Assembly: GCA_018696595.1 (NCBI GenBank) | Contig: JABHQW010000008.1 | Span: 320,001-384,000, forward strand | Reading direction: 5' to 3' | Length of the DNA: 64,000 nt | DNA from: Candidatus Woesearchaeota archaeon | GTDB taxonomy: Archaea; Nanobdellota; Nanobdellia; Woesearchaeales; GW2011-AR9 | In this document: positions 63,078-64,000 of the stretch, in pieces | Position numbering within the stretch: the stretch's first letter is position 1 | Layout: every line of letters begins with the position of its first letter | Notes under the pieces: generated by a model | Told to the model about the DNA's origin: nothing | The model's input: the letters and a program-made list of their open reading frames with translations, nothing else | The model's database searches: none | Program-made: the position numbers and the translations under genes

Positions 63078-64000
63078 GAACTAGTTCTCATTGCATTATA
63101 ATCTACTAGATTAAGAACATAATCAGAAACTTTCCAATTGATTCTTGTAAACTCTCCAAAATGATCTCCACCGGCTTGGGCTGATGCTTCTTTATCAAGA
63201 AGTGCAATTTCTACTTCTGGGGCAACAATCTCAGAAACATCACGATGACGATATTCTCCACTCCAAATACTTTTGGTGTGGGCAACAAATCTTGGGATCA
63301 TCGAGTAACGATTACCTCCAACTGCCCTAATGTGCATTTTCCCTTCTGATCTTGCTTTTTTTGCATAAGGAAAACCCACAAAATTATAACCAAAATAAGG
63401 GGTCGTTCCTGCTACTAAAGCATGGATTTGATTTTCTTGTAAGAATCTTTCCCCATCTCCAAGAGGAAGCCTCATAAATTCTATGTCTTCTTCAAAAATT
63501 TCAGCAAGTTCTGCCCCTTGTGGAAAACTAATTTCAAATTTTAGTTTTTTACCAAAAAAGATTTCTGTAGCAGAAGAAGGGATTGTGCTAAAGTATCCTA
63601 CTAAACCGTTCAATGGGCTTTGTTTGTACTTTTTTAAAATGATTCCATCCCAACCAGCCCCGGTTAACATAGAATAAGTTTTCTCTTTTTCTCCTTGAGG
63701 GGTGGTTCCAGTAATCTCAATTAACGGGACTTGTATTGTTGGTAATTCATTAACATCTGTTTCTAAAATCATTTCTAATTGTTCTAAATGGTCTTTACCT
63801 GCACCTAATTCATAAGAAATAGCATTACCCGTTCCCAATTTTAATATTGCAAATAATTGTTTGTTAAATGACAAACCTAATTCTTCACATAAAAGAATGA
63901 ATTTATTACTTTCATATCTGATTGTTCCATCTCCTCCTCCAAGAGTAATTACTTGTGGTTTATCCTGTAAAGTTTTTCTTCTAGGATAATTTCCTGAATA
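63074..64000 (-). CDS. Diacylglycerol kinase-family (YegS/DgkB-like) lipid kinase, 5'-truncated by the window end
   Basis: The frame stays open to 64000: ...QVITLGGGDGTIR...ILKLGTGNAISY... with GGDGT and LGTGN motifs; AGTTPYFG..F. Confidence 0.75.
   Translation of the reverse strand, partial: YSGNYPRRKTLQDKPQVITLGGGDGTIRYESNKFILLCEELGLSFNKQLFAILKLGTGNAISYELGAGKDHLEQLEMILETDVNELPTIQVPLIEITGTTPQGEKEKTYSMLTGAGWDGIILKKYKQSPLNGLVGYFSTIPSSATEIFFGKKLKFEISFPQGAELAEIFEEDIEFMRLPLGDGERFLQENQIHALVAGTTPYFGYNFVGFPYAKKARSEGKMHIRAVGGNRYSMIPRFVAHTKSIWSGEYRHRDVSEIVAPEVEIALLDKEASAQAGGDHFGEFTRINWKVSDYVLNLVDYNAMRTSS

Noticed and set aside
1419-63677. Numerous 60-165 aa ORFs antisense or out of frame within longer genes (e.g. 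9053..9316, 16823..17170, 39213..39710, 51909..52301, 55304..55666, 56896..57294)
   Set aside because: They are shadow ORFs of well-supported genes, with Ser/Phe/Ile-biased composition and no motifs.
1-64000. Stop-codon reassignment, selenocysteine or programmed frameshifts
   Set aside because: Conserved genes are full length under the standard code, and TGA ends genes normally (gpsA, Sec61beta, ef1b).

Overview
AT-rich, gene-dense chromosomal segment of an archaeon. Marker genes are eS1/rps3ae, Cbf5, aIF-1A, aNAC, Sec61beta, RFC-S, aIF5B, Trm1, aEF-1beta, RtcA and ABCE1, plus an archaeal RNase P RNA, BHB tRNA introns and BRE-TATA promoters. It is most likely DPANN (Woesearchaeota-like); that assignment is inference. 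No transposase, integrase, rRNA or CRISPR array was seen. RNA genes absent from the ORF track are RNase P RNA (18954-19279, -), tRNA-Trp(CCA) with two introns (45607-45743, +) and tRNA-Thr(CGT) (60383-60455, -). Three real small ORFs are also missing from the track (Sec61beta and two Zn-finger proteins). Two signals stand out. (1) A bacterial-like envelope toolkit is interleaved with archaeal core genes: three exported proteins ending in predicted amphipathic beta-barrel domains with a terminal aromatic residue (one closely resembling an 8-stranded OmpA/OmpX-type barrel behind a coiled-coil stalk), LspA with lipobox proteins, GpsA, a DAG-kinase-family enzyme and a membrane-anchored NagZ-like GH3. 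(2) A family of intergenic GC-rich hairpin elements shows compensatory base changes, and one copy sits in the loop of an oppositely oriented copy inside a 180-nt near-palindrome. All calls are from reading the sequence by eye; no searches were run.
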